A stretch of 41,760 bases of DNA from Basidiobolus meristosporus CBS 931.73. Its lineage: Eukaryota > Fungi > Basidiobolomycota. The notes beneath the pieces are model-generated. The model saw only the letters and a program-made list of their open reading frames with translations. It was not told the origin of the DNA and searched no databases. Shown here one piece after another: positions 1-11,556 of this stretch. The stretch lies in contig MCFE01000728.1 of the NCBI GenBank assembly GCA_002104905.1, forward strand, positions 1 to 41,760, given 5' to 3'. A program made the translations under genes and the position numbers. Numbering within the stretch: the first letter of the stretch is position 1; each line of letters begins with the position of its first letter.

Positions 1-199
1 ATCCGGAGCTACATCTGTGCCCACCACCACTCTCGCCTCCGATGGCTCATCCTTGACAGTGCTGTTGGGCTATTTGTGGGTAGGCCCTCTTGTCTGGACC
101 ATACTGGCGCAGAGTTTTGAATAGGATAGAATAGAGAGACCCCTCCCTCGACCATGTCTCGTCGAGCTGGTATCCAAAATAAATCGCTGACTACCAAAT

Positions 200-1038
200 A
201 TGCCTCTACCAGATGGTCTTTTCATTAGGATCTGGCGAGATGATCCCAGGTGTAGGCAATAAGACAGTCAGGGGGAACTGCAGTGATACAGCTTCCCAGA
301 AATGTCTCCCCCCCCCTCGAAATCAACGAGATTCCATCTCTTGTTTCACCCACCACCCTCAATCCACCACAGTAAGGGGCAGTGTTGGAGGACAGTATAG
401 TAAGGAATACCTACACTCTTGGTCAATGTTGTGTTCACTAAGCAATCTGTCCGCTATATGCTGCTGGATGAAAATTGCTTGATATCTGGCATCTTTCCAC
501 CAGAAAAGCTGCCAAAAGCCGCAGTCCATTTCGCCGCTACACCTAAAGATCAACATTGATCTGTCAGTTTAGATCCCAGTCTATGAACTTGGTTGTTTCC
601 GGATTGAATCCTCTGCTGGGCCTTGCCACAAGCTCTATGAAAGATTTCAGGAATGGAACTCATCTGATAACCTGCCGGTATCCTACTGGTATTCTGATGG
701 TGTTTTGCAGGCATTCAACTGGTGTTTTTCCTTCATAGTTTTAGTTACAATATCTGAATGAAGTAGTATGTAGCTGATAACCAGATTTGGTACAGATCCT
801 AGTTGGCCTATTCCCCCTCCCAGAAAATATATCTACTTGTCTGCCAAACAGCTAATTCTTGAGATATTGCAAGCTCCAAGCTCAGAGTATACTTGGAATT
901 TGGCTGATATTAGGACAGTATTCTGCTGGCCTTTGCTTAATCTGTCTACTTGGAGAAAATTTACATTCATGCTTTGGGCCCTCCTAAGCATGTTCTGTAT
1001 CCTACTGGAGTACAGATAAATCTTTCACACCAACTTAT
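200..1038 (-). pseudogene. Highly degenerate, possibly LINE-like (APE endonuclease region) relic
   Basis: Manual minus-strand translation across stops and frameshifts gives MNVNFLQVDRL (cf. D..LQET), a GDFN-like stretch, QHCPLLWWI (cf. SDH.P) and KRWNL...WDHL. Weak and unverified. Confidence 0.3.
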
Positions 1039-1387
1039 TGTTGTAAAAATTTGGAATTCCACCTAAATATTCACCTAACTTAGTCTCTTAGATCATTACC
1101 CTCAAATCCTAGAGAATACTGACCAAATTCCTTGTTGGGATTTACTTAGAATACTTTCTCCAAAATACCAGGTACCCAGAACATGAAAATTCTCAAAGTT
1201 GTCCAAACAGCCCCAAACTTTGCACACATGTTCTTGGGACCTTCCTTAACCTATTCTACATGTTTGTAATGCCAAGACCATGTAAAAGTATAAATACTAC
1301 TTTTACATTCAATAAATCATTAAGTGAAAACCACATAATCTACTTGTTCTCCAAATCACTTCCAATATCTCCAAGACTCTTACAACA
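1039..1387 (+). repeat. LTR of Copia family E (349 bp)
   Basis: Termini TGTTGTAA...TTACAACA; contains TATAAA and AATAAA; homologous to 16524-16872 (reverse) and 21819-22165. Flanks CTTAT/GAATC do not match as a TSD. Confidence 0.8.
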
Positions 1388-1999
1388 GAATCACCCTTCT
1401 TTATTGGCTTACCCCCTACCACCTTGGGTATTCCACATATAGTTTGAATCAAACAAAATTATGGCCTCATGCTTACTAACCACTACATACACACATGTGT
1501 GCTGTATTTGACATACTTTTGTCACCTTAACTTTATGGCTTTTCAGTGTGATACTTGCAAAGCTGCCATATACCTTGTATTGCCAGTACCATATACAACT
1601 TGCAAACATATGCTTGGTTGCCATCACTTTTGCCATTAATACCCCCTGAGTATCTGCAAAGAACTTTTGGGTATCTAGCTAATATATTGCTTCTCCCTGC
1701 TGAATTCTAATCTCCCCTATAGGTGCACTCTGGCTCTTGTCTGAGTGAATTTCATATTGAATGGTGAGAAATTGGCTTGTGACCAAGAGAAACCCAGAAT
1801 ACTTTGGTAAAGATGTCCTAACTAAAATTAGTTGCTTGTTGTGTCCAACACAAAAGTTGATACCAATAAAAATAACTTGGCCCTGCAGGTGGATCTGATT
1901 CAGATTAGCTGTGAAGACCCTGCCATGAGTCTGTCATAATGCCAGCAGCTTGGAATTATTGACCCTCCATGTGATCTTATGAAAATATCAAGATAGCAT
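1388..1999. repeat. Unclassified repeat F (end of one unit joined to start of next)
   Basis: Aligns by eye with 11100-11556 and 16140-16204, then with 10665-10790 and 11995-12130. Confidence 0.7.
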
Positions 2000-3070
2000 T
2001 GTAATAGAGTCACTGCAACATCTACTGACAGATATTCCAATTCAAATATTTCTTACTTCCCTATTGCTCTACTGCCCATATTGTAGTTTTATCCCTTTTG
2101 TCATATCTGATCAGTATTCTCCCATAAGCCGGCTAACCATGATACTTGCTTATTTATAGCATAAGTTATCCCTCACTTTGTATAAGATTACTAGGTGTAA
2201 GTGCTTCTCTATTAGGAAAGTACCCCTGCCAGGACCTGTGACACCTGATAAAACCATGTCACCATCCCTACCATTCTCATTTCATTTATGGTATCCCTAT
2301 GTAATACATATTTCAGAGTATCAATCCCTGATTGGTTGGATGTGCTGAGTCTCTTAGAACCTCTTAGAACCTTTGAGCATTGACTTAGAGCATTCCTAGC
2401 TCTTTCTGATGTCATTGAGATTTCAATTGATCTCCAAAACCTTCTGGACCACCATAGTTAGTAATCATTTCCACAAAAGTATTCAAGGGAGGCAATCTCC
2501 CAACAATAAAATATCATCCCTTTTCTCAATATACCAACATGTTGATTAGTGTGATCACTGTTACCTGGTCCTACCTGAACTTCTAATCCCAGACCTTGGA
2601 CACTCCCAGGAAACCACACTGACAGCCAACTGACCTTGAAGGCACTACCTGTGAGGAATACCCAGATTAAGTATCTTTTACTATATTTGATTCTTTCCAA
2701 GTTTGTTCTTGTCCAGGCAGAGATACTTTTCTGTCTTTGTTACTATTGACCACAGCTGCTTTCTGATCAAGTCCCTACTGGTGGAGTTTTCAGCTATTGT
2801 GACTTTGAAAGCTTTAGTACATTGTCATCTCAAAGGATGCTGAACCCAGCATACACCTTTGTTAAGAGGCCAACTAAGTTGGAGATTGTAGATCAAATGC
2901 TTCCCCTTGACATGCTTGTGGCTTTATTCCCCTTCAGAATAGAGTAGAGACAAAACCCAAATATTCCTAGAAAGCTTTTGCCATAGGTGATTGAACCCAG
3001 TGTGCACCCCACACACAAAACACTTCAGAAGTGTTGGATGCATTTCTTCCTTGGACTTATATAAATATAA
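2000..3070 (+). repeat. Diverged 5' LTR of Gypsy family B (copy B0)
   Basis: Starts TGTAATAG; colinear with the reverse complement of 18944-20014 and 38626-39697; followed by a PBS-like sequence. Confidence 0.8.
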
Positions 3071-3071
3071 T

Positions 3072-3089
3072 TGGCACCCCACATAGGGG
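3072..3089 (+). promoter_or_regulatory. Probable tRNA-Lys-type primer binding site of element B0 (decayed)
   Basis: TGGCACCCCACATAGGGG directly after the LTR resembles the Lys(CUU)-type PBS TGGCGCCCAACGTGGGG; two of the differences are CpG>CpA. Confidence 0.5.
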
Positions 3090-3147
3090 GTTCATAGAAG
3101 CTCCCTAGGACCCAACAAGATTTAACAGAAGATTTAAGCCATTATCC

Positions 3148-3668
3148 TGTCATGATCACATGACAACCATGAACACCCATGCCAAGTTTCAGCTTCCTAG
3201 CTCAATTTCTAAGGAATTCCTTCTGGAACCTTCTACCACCTTCCAGAAAGTTCCTGACCATTCCAAACCATTGTTACACAATGGAACATTCCATGGAAGC
3301 TTTCCATTGTATTTTTCATAGTCCAGTACCATATATGGAAATACCAGGTCACATGACTTAGTCACATGATCAGGTGACCCAATCCATTTCCCCATCCTGT
3401 CTCAGTGCCGTGTCATCTATGTCATTATCCCCAGCACCATTGTTGTGCCTCACCCCACAACCCCATTAGTATTAGCTAATATCTCTTGGCATCAGTATAG
3501 CCAAAAAGTATATATAGTCCTATCCCCCCTTAAGTATTCCTCAGTCTGATAAACACAGGTCTTGAATAAACAGCCTTGCCTTGAATCCCGCCTTGCCTTG
3601 ATGGTCCACACCTAAGTCCTTTCCTGCTGTGCTTAGCTTTTCCTCCTGCCTTGTGTCTATTCATAACA
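3148..3668 (+). repeat. 5' LTR of element A (521 bp)
   Basis: About 11 substitutions plus 1 indel versus 8527-9046 (hand count, ~98% identity); TATATATA at 3509-3516. Confidence 0.97.
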
Positions 3669-3670
3669 GT

Positions 3671-3681
3671 TTTATCAGACT
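3671..3681 (+). promoter_or_regulatory. Self-priming (Tf1-type) primer binding site
   Basis: TTTATCAGACT is the exact reverse complement of AGTCTGATAAA at 3543-3553; there is no TGG-type tRNA PBS after the LTR. Confidence 0.8.
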
Positions 3682-4074
3682 CTCCTGACTTACCTGTGGA
3701 TCCCTGCCTTCTGCCCAACGTTTGAAGAAAACTTGTAAAAGGAATACTCACCGTAAATATCACCCATCATCTTTCCCTAGTCTTGTCCTATAAAGGCAAA
3801 GATACTTTATCTTTGTAAAGCTATTGGTCAAAGCTGCATTCACTTTATTACCCTGCTGGTGGAGCTTACAGTTGTTACAGTATTGGAAGCTTTAGTACAA
3901 TACTCTATCAAAGGACGTTGAAACCAGTACCTTCTGAAGTGACGCTAACTTATTTAAGTTGGGGATTGTGGCTCAATAGTTGTATTCTTGACATACTAGT
4001 GGCTTTACAAACCCACAACCTAGTTTAGTATATTCCAGTATTCCTTGCAAGTTCATCCGCCTTCCTCTGCTACC

Positions 4075-5007
4075 ATGTCCAACCTAGAGCTGAGCTTTGC
4101 CCAGCTCATGGCTGCCTTTACCCAACCGCAGCAAGACCATGCAGACCTCAGAAACACTCTTGCTCAGTTCCAAAACCAAAGTGTCCAGCAAACTAGCCAT
4201 GTCCCAGTCTACCAAGAACCCAAGTATACTCCTGCTACCAAGTTCAATGGTTCTCAGAATGAATTCCATGGCTTCATCAACATGGTGAAGAACAATCTTG
4301 CACTCCAGCCTAACCGGTACCCCACTGACCAGGCCAAAGTTGGTTTCATCTCCAACCTGCTTACTGGTACAGCTCTCAAGTGGTTCTCCCCACTAGTGGA
4401 GACCAACTCTCCCCTCCTCAGAGACTACCAAGCTTTTCTCACTGAAATGGAGCTAACATTTGGTAACCTTGACCAAGCCAGAACTGCTGCCAGCAAGATC
4501 AAGACCCTCAAGCAAAGGAACAAACCAGCATCAGTCTATGCCTCAGAATTCCGACAACTCTCCAGTGACCTCAGCTCCTGGGGTCAAGCAGCCTTGATTA
4601 ACCAATTCCAAGATGGCCTCAATGATGAAGTTTGTGATCTGCTACTCACACTCCCAGATCCAGATACATTGGTTGAGGCTATACACCAAGCAATCCAGTG
4701 TGATAACAGACTATTCCAGAAGAAGCAAAAGAACCGTCAAAGACACATTCCTGTTGCAGTCCCAGCCCCTCCTGCTCCCCAGGTCACTCCAGAAGATCCT
4801 ATGCAGATTGATAGTGCCAAATACAAGAAACTATCAAAGAGTGAAAAGTCCAGACATCAACAAGCCAACCTCTGTCTATACTGTGGCCAACCAGGTCACT
4901 TTGCAAAGTCCTGCCCCAACAAGAAGTCCAGCTTCAAGCTGATGCAGTCCTCCAGCAACCAACCTGATTCAGATCTGTTGGGAAACTCCAATGTCCAGTT
5001 GCACTGA
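4075..5007 (+). CDS. gag: Gag of element A (310 aa from the first ATG)
   Basis: Retrotransposon gag-like core (KFNGS...LLTGTALKWF; QRNKPASVYASEF) and CCHC knuckle CLYCGQPGHFAKSC. Confidence 0.93.
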   Translation: MSNLELSFAQLMAAFTQPQQDHADLRNTLAQFQNQSVQQTSHVPVYQEPKYTPATKFNGSQNEFHGFINMVKNNLALQPNRYPTDQAKVGFISNLLTGTALKWFSPLVETNSPLLRDYQAFLTEMELTFGNLDQARTAASKIKTLKQRNKPASVYASEFRQLSSDLSSWGQAALINQFQDGLNDEVCDLLLTLPDPDTLVEAIHQAIQCDNRLFQKKQKNRQRHIPVAVPAPPAPQVTPEDPMQIDSAKYKKLSKSEKSRHQQANLCLYCGQPGHFAKSCPNKKSSFKLMQSSSNQPDSDLLGNSNVQLH

Positions 5008-5024
5008 CAGGCTTGCAACTGGAC
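4980..5024 (+). promoter_or_regulatory. -1 programmed ribosomal frameshift signal
   Basis: G GGA AAC in the gag frame at 4980-4986; 6-nt spacer; perfect 11-bp stem 4993-5003/5014-5024; the -1 frame is open into pol. Confidence 0.88.
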
Positions 5025-8000
5025 CCACCCATGAAAATCCAGCATATCCAAGAATCTTCCTTTGCCACAAAATCTATCCAGTTCTTGAGAATGCCTGTCA
5101 AAATCCAGATCCCTGACTCCAGTCCTGTCCCAGTCCTAGCCTTGATTGATTCCGGTGCTTCATCCTGTTTCATTGACCAAGCCTTTGTCCAGAAGCACTC
5201 TATTCCTGTTACCTTGAAATCCTGTCCAGTCCAAGTAGAAGTTATTGATGGAAGATCACTCTCCTCTGGTGCCGTTACCCATGAAACATGCTTACTTCAG
5301 CTGTCCAGTACTGCTCACCAAGAAAGAATCGCCTTCAACATCATCAACTCACCACACTATCCTATTGTGCTTGGAAGCTCATGGCTGAGCTACCATAATC
5401 CAAGTATTGATTGGAAATCCAAGATCCTGTCATTCACCAGATCCCACCAAGTCAACTCCATGAAATCTCCAGACCCTGATAACCGTGAAAAGACTGTTGC
5501 CAACAGTTCAACAGCCCAAGATACCTTGCCAGCTGAAGGAGCCCCCTCAGCAAACATACCAGCCAAGTACCAAGAGTTTGCCCATGTCTTTGACAAGAAG
5601 AAAGCAGAACTCCTCCCTGACCATTGGCCTTGTGACTGCCCTATTGACCTTGAAAATGGAAAAGTCCCTCCATTTGGCCCAATATATAACCTCTCCCAGC
5701 TGGAGTTGAAAGAACTCCATGGTTATATTGAAGAAAACCTCCAGAAGGGTTTTATTCAGCACTCCAAATCACCTGCTGGAGCCCCAATCCTCTTTGTCAA
5801 GAAGAAGGATGGCACACTCGGAATGTGTGTGGACTACCGTGCTTTGAATAAGATCACAGTCAAGAACCGCTACCCCCTGCCCCTGATCAACACACTATTG
5901 GATCAGCTATCTGCTGCCCAAGTCTTCACCAAGATTGACTTGAGAGGAGCTTACAATCTTGTCAGAATCAAGCCCGGTGATGAATGGAAAGCTGCCTTTT
6001 GTACAAGATATGGTCACATTGAGTACAAAGTAATGCCATTTGGCCTCACCAATGCCCCTGCTGTGTTTCAACACCTCATGAATGACATATTCTGTGAATA
6101 CCTTGACCAGTCTGTGCTAATCTACCTTGATGATATTCTCATATACTCCAAGAGCCAAGATGAACATGATGAACATGTCAAGAAAGTATTGAGAAAACTA
6201 GACTCTGCTGGTCTCTATGCCAAGCTAGAGAAGTGCAAGTTTGACCAGAGAGAAGTGGAATTTCTTGGTTACCTCATCAGCCCTGAGGGAACAAGAATGG
6301 ACCCAAAGAAAGTTGACTCAGTCCAATCCTGGAAAACTCCAAGCTCAGTCAAGGAAGTACAATCCTTCCTGGGATTTGCCAACTTCTATCGCAGGTTCAT
6401 AGCCAACTACTCCAAGATAGTCACCCCTCTGACAAAGCTTACCCAGAAGAACACACCTTTTGCCTGGAATGAGGAGCAATCCAGCTCATTCAACCAACTC
6501 AAGAAATCTTTCCTGAAGGCCCCCCTGCTTGCCCACCCTGACCTTGAGAAGCAATTCATAGTGGAGACTGATGCTTCTGATTTTGCCCTTGGTGTCATAC
6601 TCTCCCAGTATGATGAGGACAATGTGTTGCACCCCATTGCATTCTACTCTTGCAAGTTTTCCCCTGCAGAGATCAACTATGATATCTATGATAAGGAGTT
6701 GCTTGCCATCATTGTAGCCTTTGAGCAATGGAGACACTACCTGGATGGTGCAAAACACAAAATCAAAGTCTTCTGTGACCATAAGAACCTTGAGTACTTT
6801 GCAACTTCTAAAGTACTAAACCGGAGACAAGCCAGATGGTCACTCTTCCTGTCCAGCTTTGACTTTACTATCACCTATAGACCTGGTGCAAAACAAGGAA
6901 AGCCTGATGCCCTGTCCAGAAAAAAGGAATATGCCCTGGAAGTGGGAGATGATGCCTGTTGGCAAATGGAACACCCATTGGTGAGCAAGAAACACTTTGA
7001 GATTCTTGCCACCCAGTCCTCAAGTCTTGTCATCCCTTCATTCCTAGTAAGGATATCAGAATCCCAAGCCTCTGATATGACTTCCAGCACCGTCAAGAAA
7101 TATCTGGAATCCCCAGTTGGGCCCCCTCCCAAGTTCCCAAACATCCAGAACCTGCATTTGGTAAACAACCTCATCTACCACAAGCAGCAGCTTTACGTCC
7201 CAGACCTTGCCACCCAGCTAGACATCATTAAGTCTTGGCATGATTCAATGGCTGCAGGCCACTTTGGTACTGCCAAAACCTTGAATGCTATCAAAAGAGA
7301 TTTCTGGTGGCCTAGAATGATAACTCTTATCAAAGAGTACATTCTGACTTGTGATATTTGCAACCATGCAAAACCAGCCAGACACCAGCCCTATGGACTT
7401 CTTCAACCCCTGCCTATCCCAGAACACCAATGGAGATCTATATCTATGAACTTCATTACTGACCTCCCTGAGTCATGTGGCTTCAATGCTATACTTGTAG
7501 TGGCTGACCGGCTGACCAAGATGGCTCACTTTATCCCTTGCTGTAAGAACACTGATGCAAAAGAAACTGCTGCTTTAGTCCTGAAGAATATTTTCCGCCT
7601 TCATGGTATCCCCAGTGATATTGTGTCAGATAGAGGCCCACAGTTTGTGTCCAAGTTTTGGAAACACTTCATGCAATACCTTGGTGTTCAAGTCAAGCTC
7701 TCTACTGCCTTCCATCCACAGTCTGATGGCCAGACTGAAAGAATCAACCAGATTCTAGAGCAATACCTCCAGTGCTATATCAATTACCAGCAAGAAAATT
7801 GGGTTGATCTACTCCCTGTTGCTGAGTTTGCCTACAACAACTCAAGCCATAGTGCAACCGGTTTTACACCATTCTATGCAAACTATGGATTCCACCCTCA
7901 GTTTGATATCCAGATTCCAACAAGCCCAATGAGCCCACATGCGGCTGAACATGCCCAAGCAATCCAGGACATCCAGAATACCCTCAAGGTAGAACTATCC

Positions 8001-8511
8001 TTAGCTCAGGAAAGCTACAAGAAATTTGCCAATCTAAAACAGCATCCCAGCCCTGATCTTAATGAAGGAGATTCTGTATGGCTGCTCAGAAGAATCATCA
8101 GCACCAACCGCCCTGTGACAAATTGGATTTCAAGAAGCTTGGTCCTTTCAAGATCAAGAAGAAGCTTAGCCCTATAGTATATCAGCTACAGCTACCAGCA
8201 AGTATGAAAATCCATGATACTTTCCATGTGTCCCTCCTGGAGCCGTATTGTAGGAACACCTTGCCAAACCGGCAAGAAGCAAAGCCCCAAGCTATCCAGG
8301 TTGACCAACATCAAGAATTTGAAGTTAAACAGATTCTAGACTCTAAGTATATCCGGTCAAAGCTGTACAACTTAGTAGACTGGATTGGTTATGGCCCAAG
8401 TGACCAAACATGGGAACCAGCTACCCATCTCACTAATTGTCAAGAACTAGTTATCCAGTTCCACCAACAATATCCTGCAAAACCTGCCCCCAAGGGAAAA
8501 GAGCTTTGCCT

Positions 8512-8523
8512 GGAAGAGGAGAA
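8512..8523 (+). promoter_or_regulatory. Polypurine tract of element A
   Basis: GGAAGAGGAGAA ends 3 nt before the 3' LTR. Confidence 0.8.
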
Positions 8524-8526
8524 TAG

Positions 8527-9046
8527 TGTCATGATCACATGACAACCATGAACACCCATGCCAAGTTTCAGCTTCCTAGCTCAATTTCTAAGGAATTCCT
8601 TCTGGAACCTTCTACCACCTTCCACAAAGTTCCTGACCATTCCAAACCATTGTTACACAATGGAACATTCCATGGAAGCTTTCCATTGTATTTTCATAGT
8701 CCAGTACCATAAATGGAAATACCAGGTCACATGACTTAGTCACATGATCAGGTGACCCAATCCATTTCCCCATCCTGTCTCAGTGCCGTGTCATCTATGT
8801 CATTATCCCCAGCACCATTGCTGTGCCTCACCCCACAACCCCATTAGTATTAACTAATATCTCTTGGCATCAGTATAGCCAAAAAGTATATATAGTCCTA
8901 TCCCCCCTTAAGTATTCCTCAGTCTGATAAACACAGGTCTTGAATAAATAGCCTTGCCTTGAATCCTGCCTTGCCTTGATGGTCCACATCTAAGTCCTTT
9001 CCTGCCATGCCTAGCTTTTCCTCCTGCCTTGTTTCTATTCATAACA
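8527..9046 (+). repeat. 3' LTR of element A (520 bp)
   Basis: Direct repeat of 3148-3668, followed by TSD TATCC. Confidence 0.97.
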
Positions 9047-9110
9047 TATCCATTATTGAAAAGAGACTACTAGTATTAGCAAGAATACAACACTAACCCA
9101 CCTATTCAAG

Positions 9111-9590
9111 ATGTATTCTATGCCACTAACACTATCACATGGAGCCCCTCAGTTTGATGGAAAAAATATGGAAAGCTTCATATTCAAGTGGGACATGTTC
9201 TGCAAGATGTGTAGCCTCTCTGAGCAATATATGACTGAAGACTTCCCCTACTACTGCACCAATGATATTACCAGCAAGCTTCTCAGACAAGGAGACTTTC
9301 CCACTGACTGGACATTGAGGAAGACCTACTTACAAACCAAGCATGGTAGACCCCATAAGTACTATAGAGTTGAAGACCTGAGACACTTTGGCAGGACTGG
9401 ACTTACCAAGTTACTGCTTGAAGAGCTCTTTCAGCTGTATAAATACATGGCCAAGCTGCTCCTAGAGTCCCATACTATGACTGAGTTTACCAAGACACTT
9501 TACCTTACTCATTTACTTTGCAAGGAATTGGCAAAGAAAGTTGACCTACATGCAGCCAGAACAGCAAGCCTGGCATTCCATGCTTTGTAG
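9111..9590 (+). pseudogene. Probable gag N-terminal fragment of element B0
   Basis: APQFDGKNMESFIFKW resembles the gag N-termini of fungal Gypsy elements; once element A is removed it lies ~130 bp downstream of the B0 LTR and PBS. Confidence 0.55.
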
Positions 9591-10664
9591 ATATCATTTG
9601 TATTCTCCTAGAGGCAAAACAGACTTTCACTGTTATGCAACTCTTGAGTTCCAATCTGCCAGTCCAGTAAGCAAGGAGCCAAGAAGTGCTGCTTCTGAGA
9701 AGCAAACCTACACTAATTGCCTTGTGATAGAGATATTAGATGAACATGAATGATGCAAACTCTGGATCTAGCCCACTCTAAGGTGTGGCCCATGAGAAAT
9801 AATGGTGATGATCCTGTTCAAGGGCTGTCACAAAGTTAGAGTTCCATGACAAAGAGGTATTTGTCCTGTCAGGACACCATGCAAAGGCTGTTGAAAAATA
9901 ATTGCACCCCACATTTTAAAAAAAAACTTGATCAAAAATGTTCATCACAACAATTTGCAAGTGGCTTTTGGTTGGCCATCTACCAATTCTTTCCTATTCT
10001 GATCCTAGACACTCAATTGCCTCCTGTGTTTGGGCACATTGATTTTGCATTGCCTCCTTTTCACTCTCCACAATTCCTGACTCAACCAGTTCTCTTACTT
10101 TTCATGCACACAGTTGATTTGTTTCCATTGAAACTTCAGTGGCACCTCAATTACTAATTATATTGACCTTTACAAGTCCCTATACCCAACACTAACATTG
10201 AGCCCAACCCCACACTCTACAAGTAACTTCATCAGAATCCACCATTGAATAGGTATTTATGCTGTAATGCACATTTTCACTAACTTTGGTGGAAAACCTG
10301 TGGCTTTATGCCACTGTTCATTTGCTGGTTCCCATGTTTCCTGATCTTCAGCTGGCACTGGAAGTTCTATCACCTCATCTGCCATTCTTTGCAATAAATC
10401 CTTGCAATAGTCAAGTGCATTTTCCTGGCATTGCACTTGAAGAAGTGCTGCTACCTCCTGGTGTGCTTATTAATGTTCCAAAGTTCCACTATAGGCATTG
10501 TGATAGTCTTTGATGTTGTTGACACTGCTGCTTTGACTGTCAGTGTGATCTCAACTCTGCCCACAATGGAGGACATGTAGGCAGTGGTATACAAATTGCT
10601 TTTCTCTGCAAACTCAACTCCCCCACTGGAGTGTAGCTCAGCTGGATGTACTCCCACCCTCTGA

Positions 10665-11556
10665 AAAATAACATGGTCCTGTGGGCTGATCCAAAATGGA
10701 TCAGCCATCAGGAGAAAGTAATAATACCAGCAGTTTGGAATTAATAACCCTCTACACAATTTTATGACAGGATTACAATAGCATCTGGCTAACTTTACCT
10801 CCAAATAAGGTTAGAATACAAAATGGTGTTTGGGTGGGGCTTTACCAAGCATTGCATGGCATTGGTGCAGTCTTAGTGTTCACTAAAATTATATGAGTGG
10901 ATCTAACCAGCCTGTATATCTAGTTGCCTTATATGGCAAAAACTTGACAGTGTTATCATGGCCTCATTGTAAGCCTCTGATGGCATTATCACAGCAGTAT
11001 GGCAGCATACAGCTAGTTCTGCATACTGCTACTGTACCAATTTACCAAATGGTATTTCCTTTTTCTACCTCACCATGAGCAATTCATAGATTACATTGTA
11101 GATTTACCCCTCTTCATCTGCTTACCCGCTTCCACCTTAGGTATTCCCCACATAGCTCAAATCAAACAAAATTATGGCCTCCTGCCTACTAACCTCTATA
11201 ACCGTGCACACCTGCCGCAATTGACATACTCCTATCACCTCAGCTTTACGGCTTTTCAGTGTGTTACTTGCAAAGTTGCCATATACCTTGTGCTGCTAGT
11301 AACATATACATCTTGCAAACATATGCTTAGTTGCTGCCACTTCTGCCATGAATACCTCTTGAATATCAGCAAAGAACCTTTTGGTATTTAGCCATTATAT
11401 TCCTTCTTCCTGCTGGATACTAGTCCCCCTTATAGGTGTGCTCTGGCTCTTGCTTGTGTGAATTCTTTGGCAAATGGAAGTAGAAATTGGCTTGTGACCA
11501 AAGGAAATCTGGCATACCTTGGTCAAGTTTTCCTAATAAATATTAGTTGCTTGTTA
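10665..11556. repeat. Unclassified repeat F, most complete unit (~0.9 kb)
   Basis: Colinear with 1388-1999 and with 11995-12243 + 15933-16204. Confidence 0.7.

Larger units (their letters stand above)
4980..8542 (+). pseudogene. pol: Pol of element A (PR-RT-RNase H-integrase-chromodomain), damaged
   Basis: Motifs LIDSGA, YLDD, ETDASD, HHCC, SDRG, QTERINQILE, GPF, and chromodomain FEVKQILD...WIGYGPSDQTWEP. One-base loss near 8110 splits the ORF (5013-8177 / 8078-8542). The first integrase Asp appears as Asn (ISMNFITD). Confidence 0.93.
3148..9046 (+). mobile_element. Full-length Ty3/Gypsy chromovirus (element A, 5899 bp), inserted in the leader of B0
   Basis: Two TG...CA LTRs; perfect 5-bp TSD TATCC (3143-3147, 9047-9051); gag followed by PR-RT-RH-IN-chromodomain; PPT before the 3' LTR. 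Confidence 0.97.

Noticed and set aside
9750-10660. Short ORFs (9846-10157, 10286-10513, 10451-10804) as genes
   Set aside because: Short, overlapping on opposite strands, no recognisable motifs; likely decayed repeat DNA.
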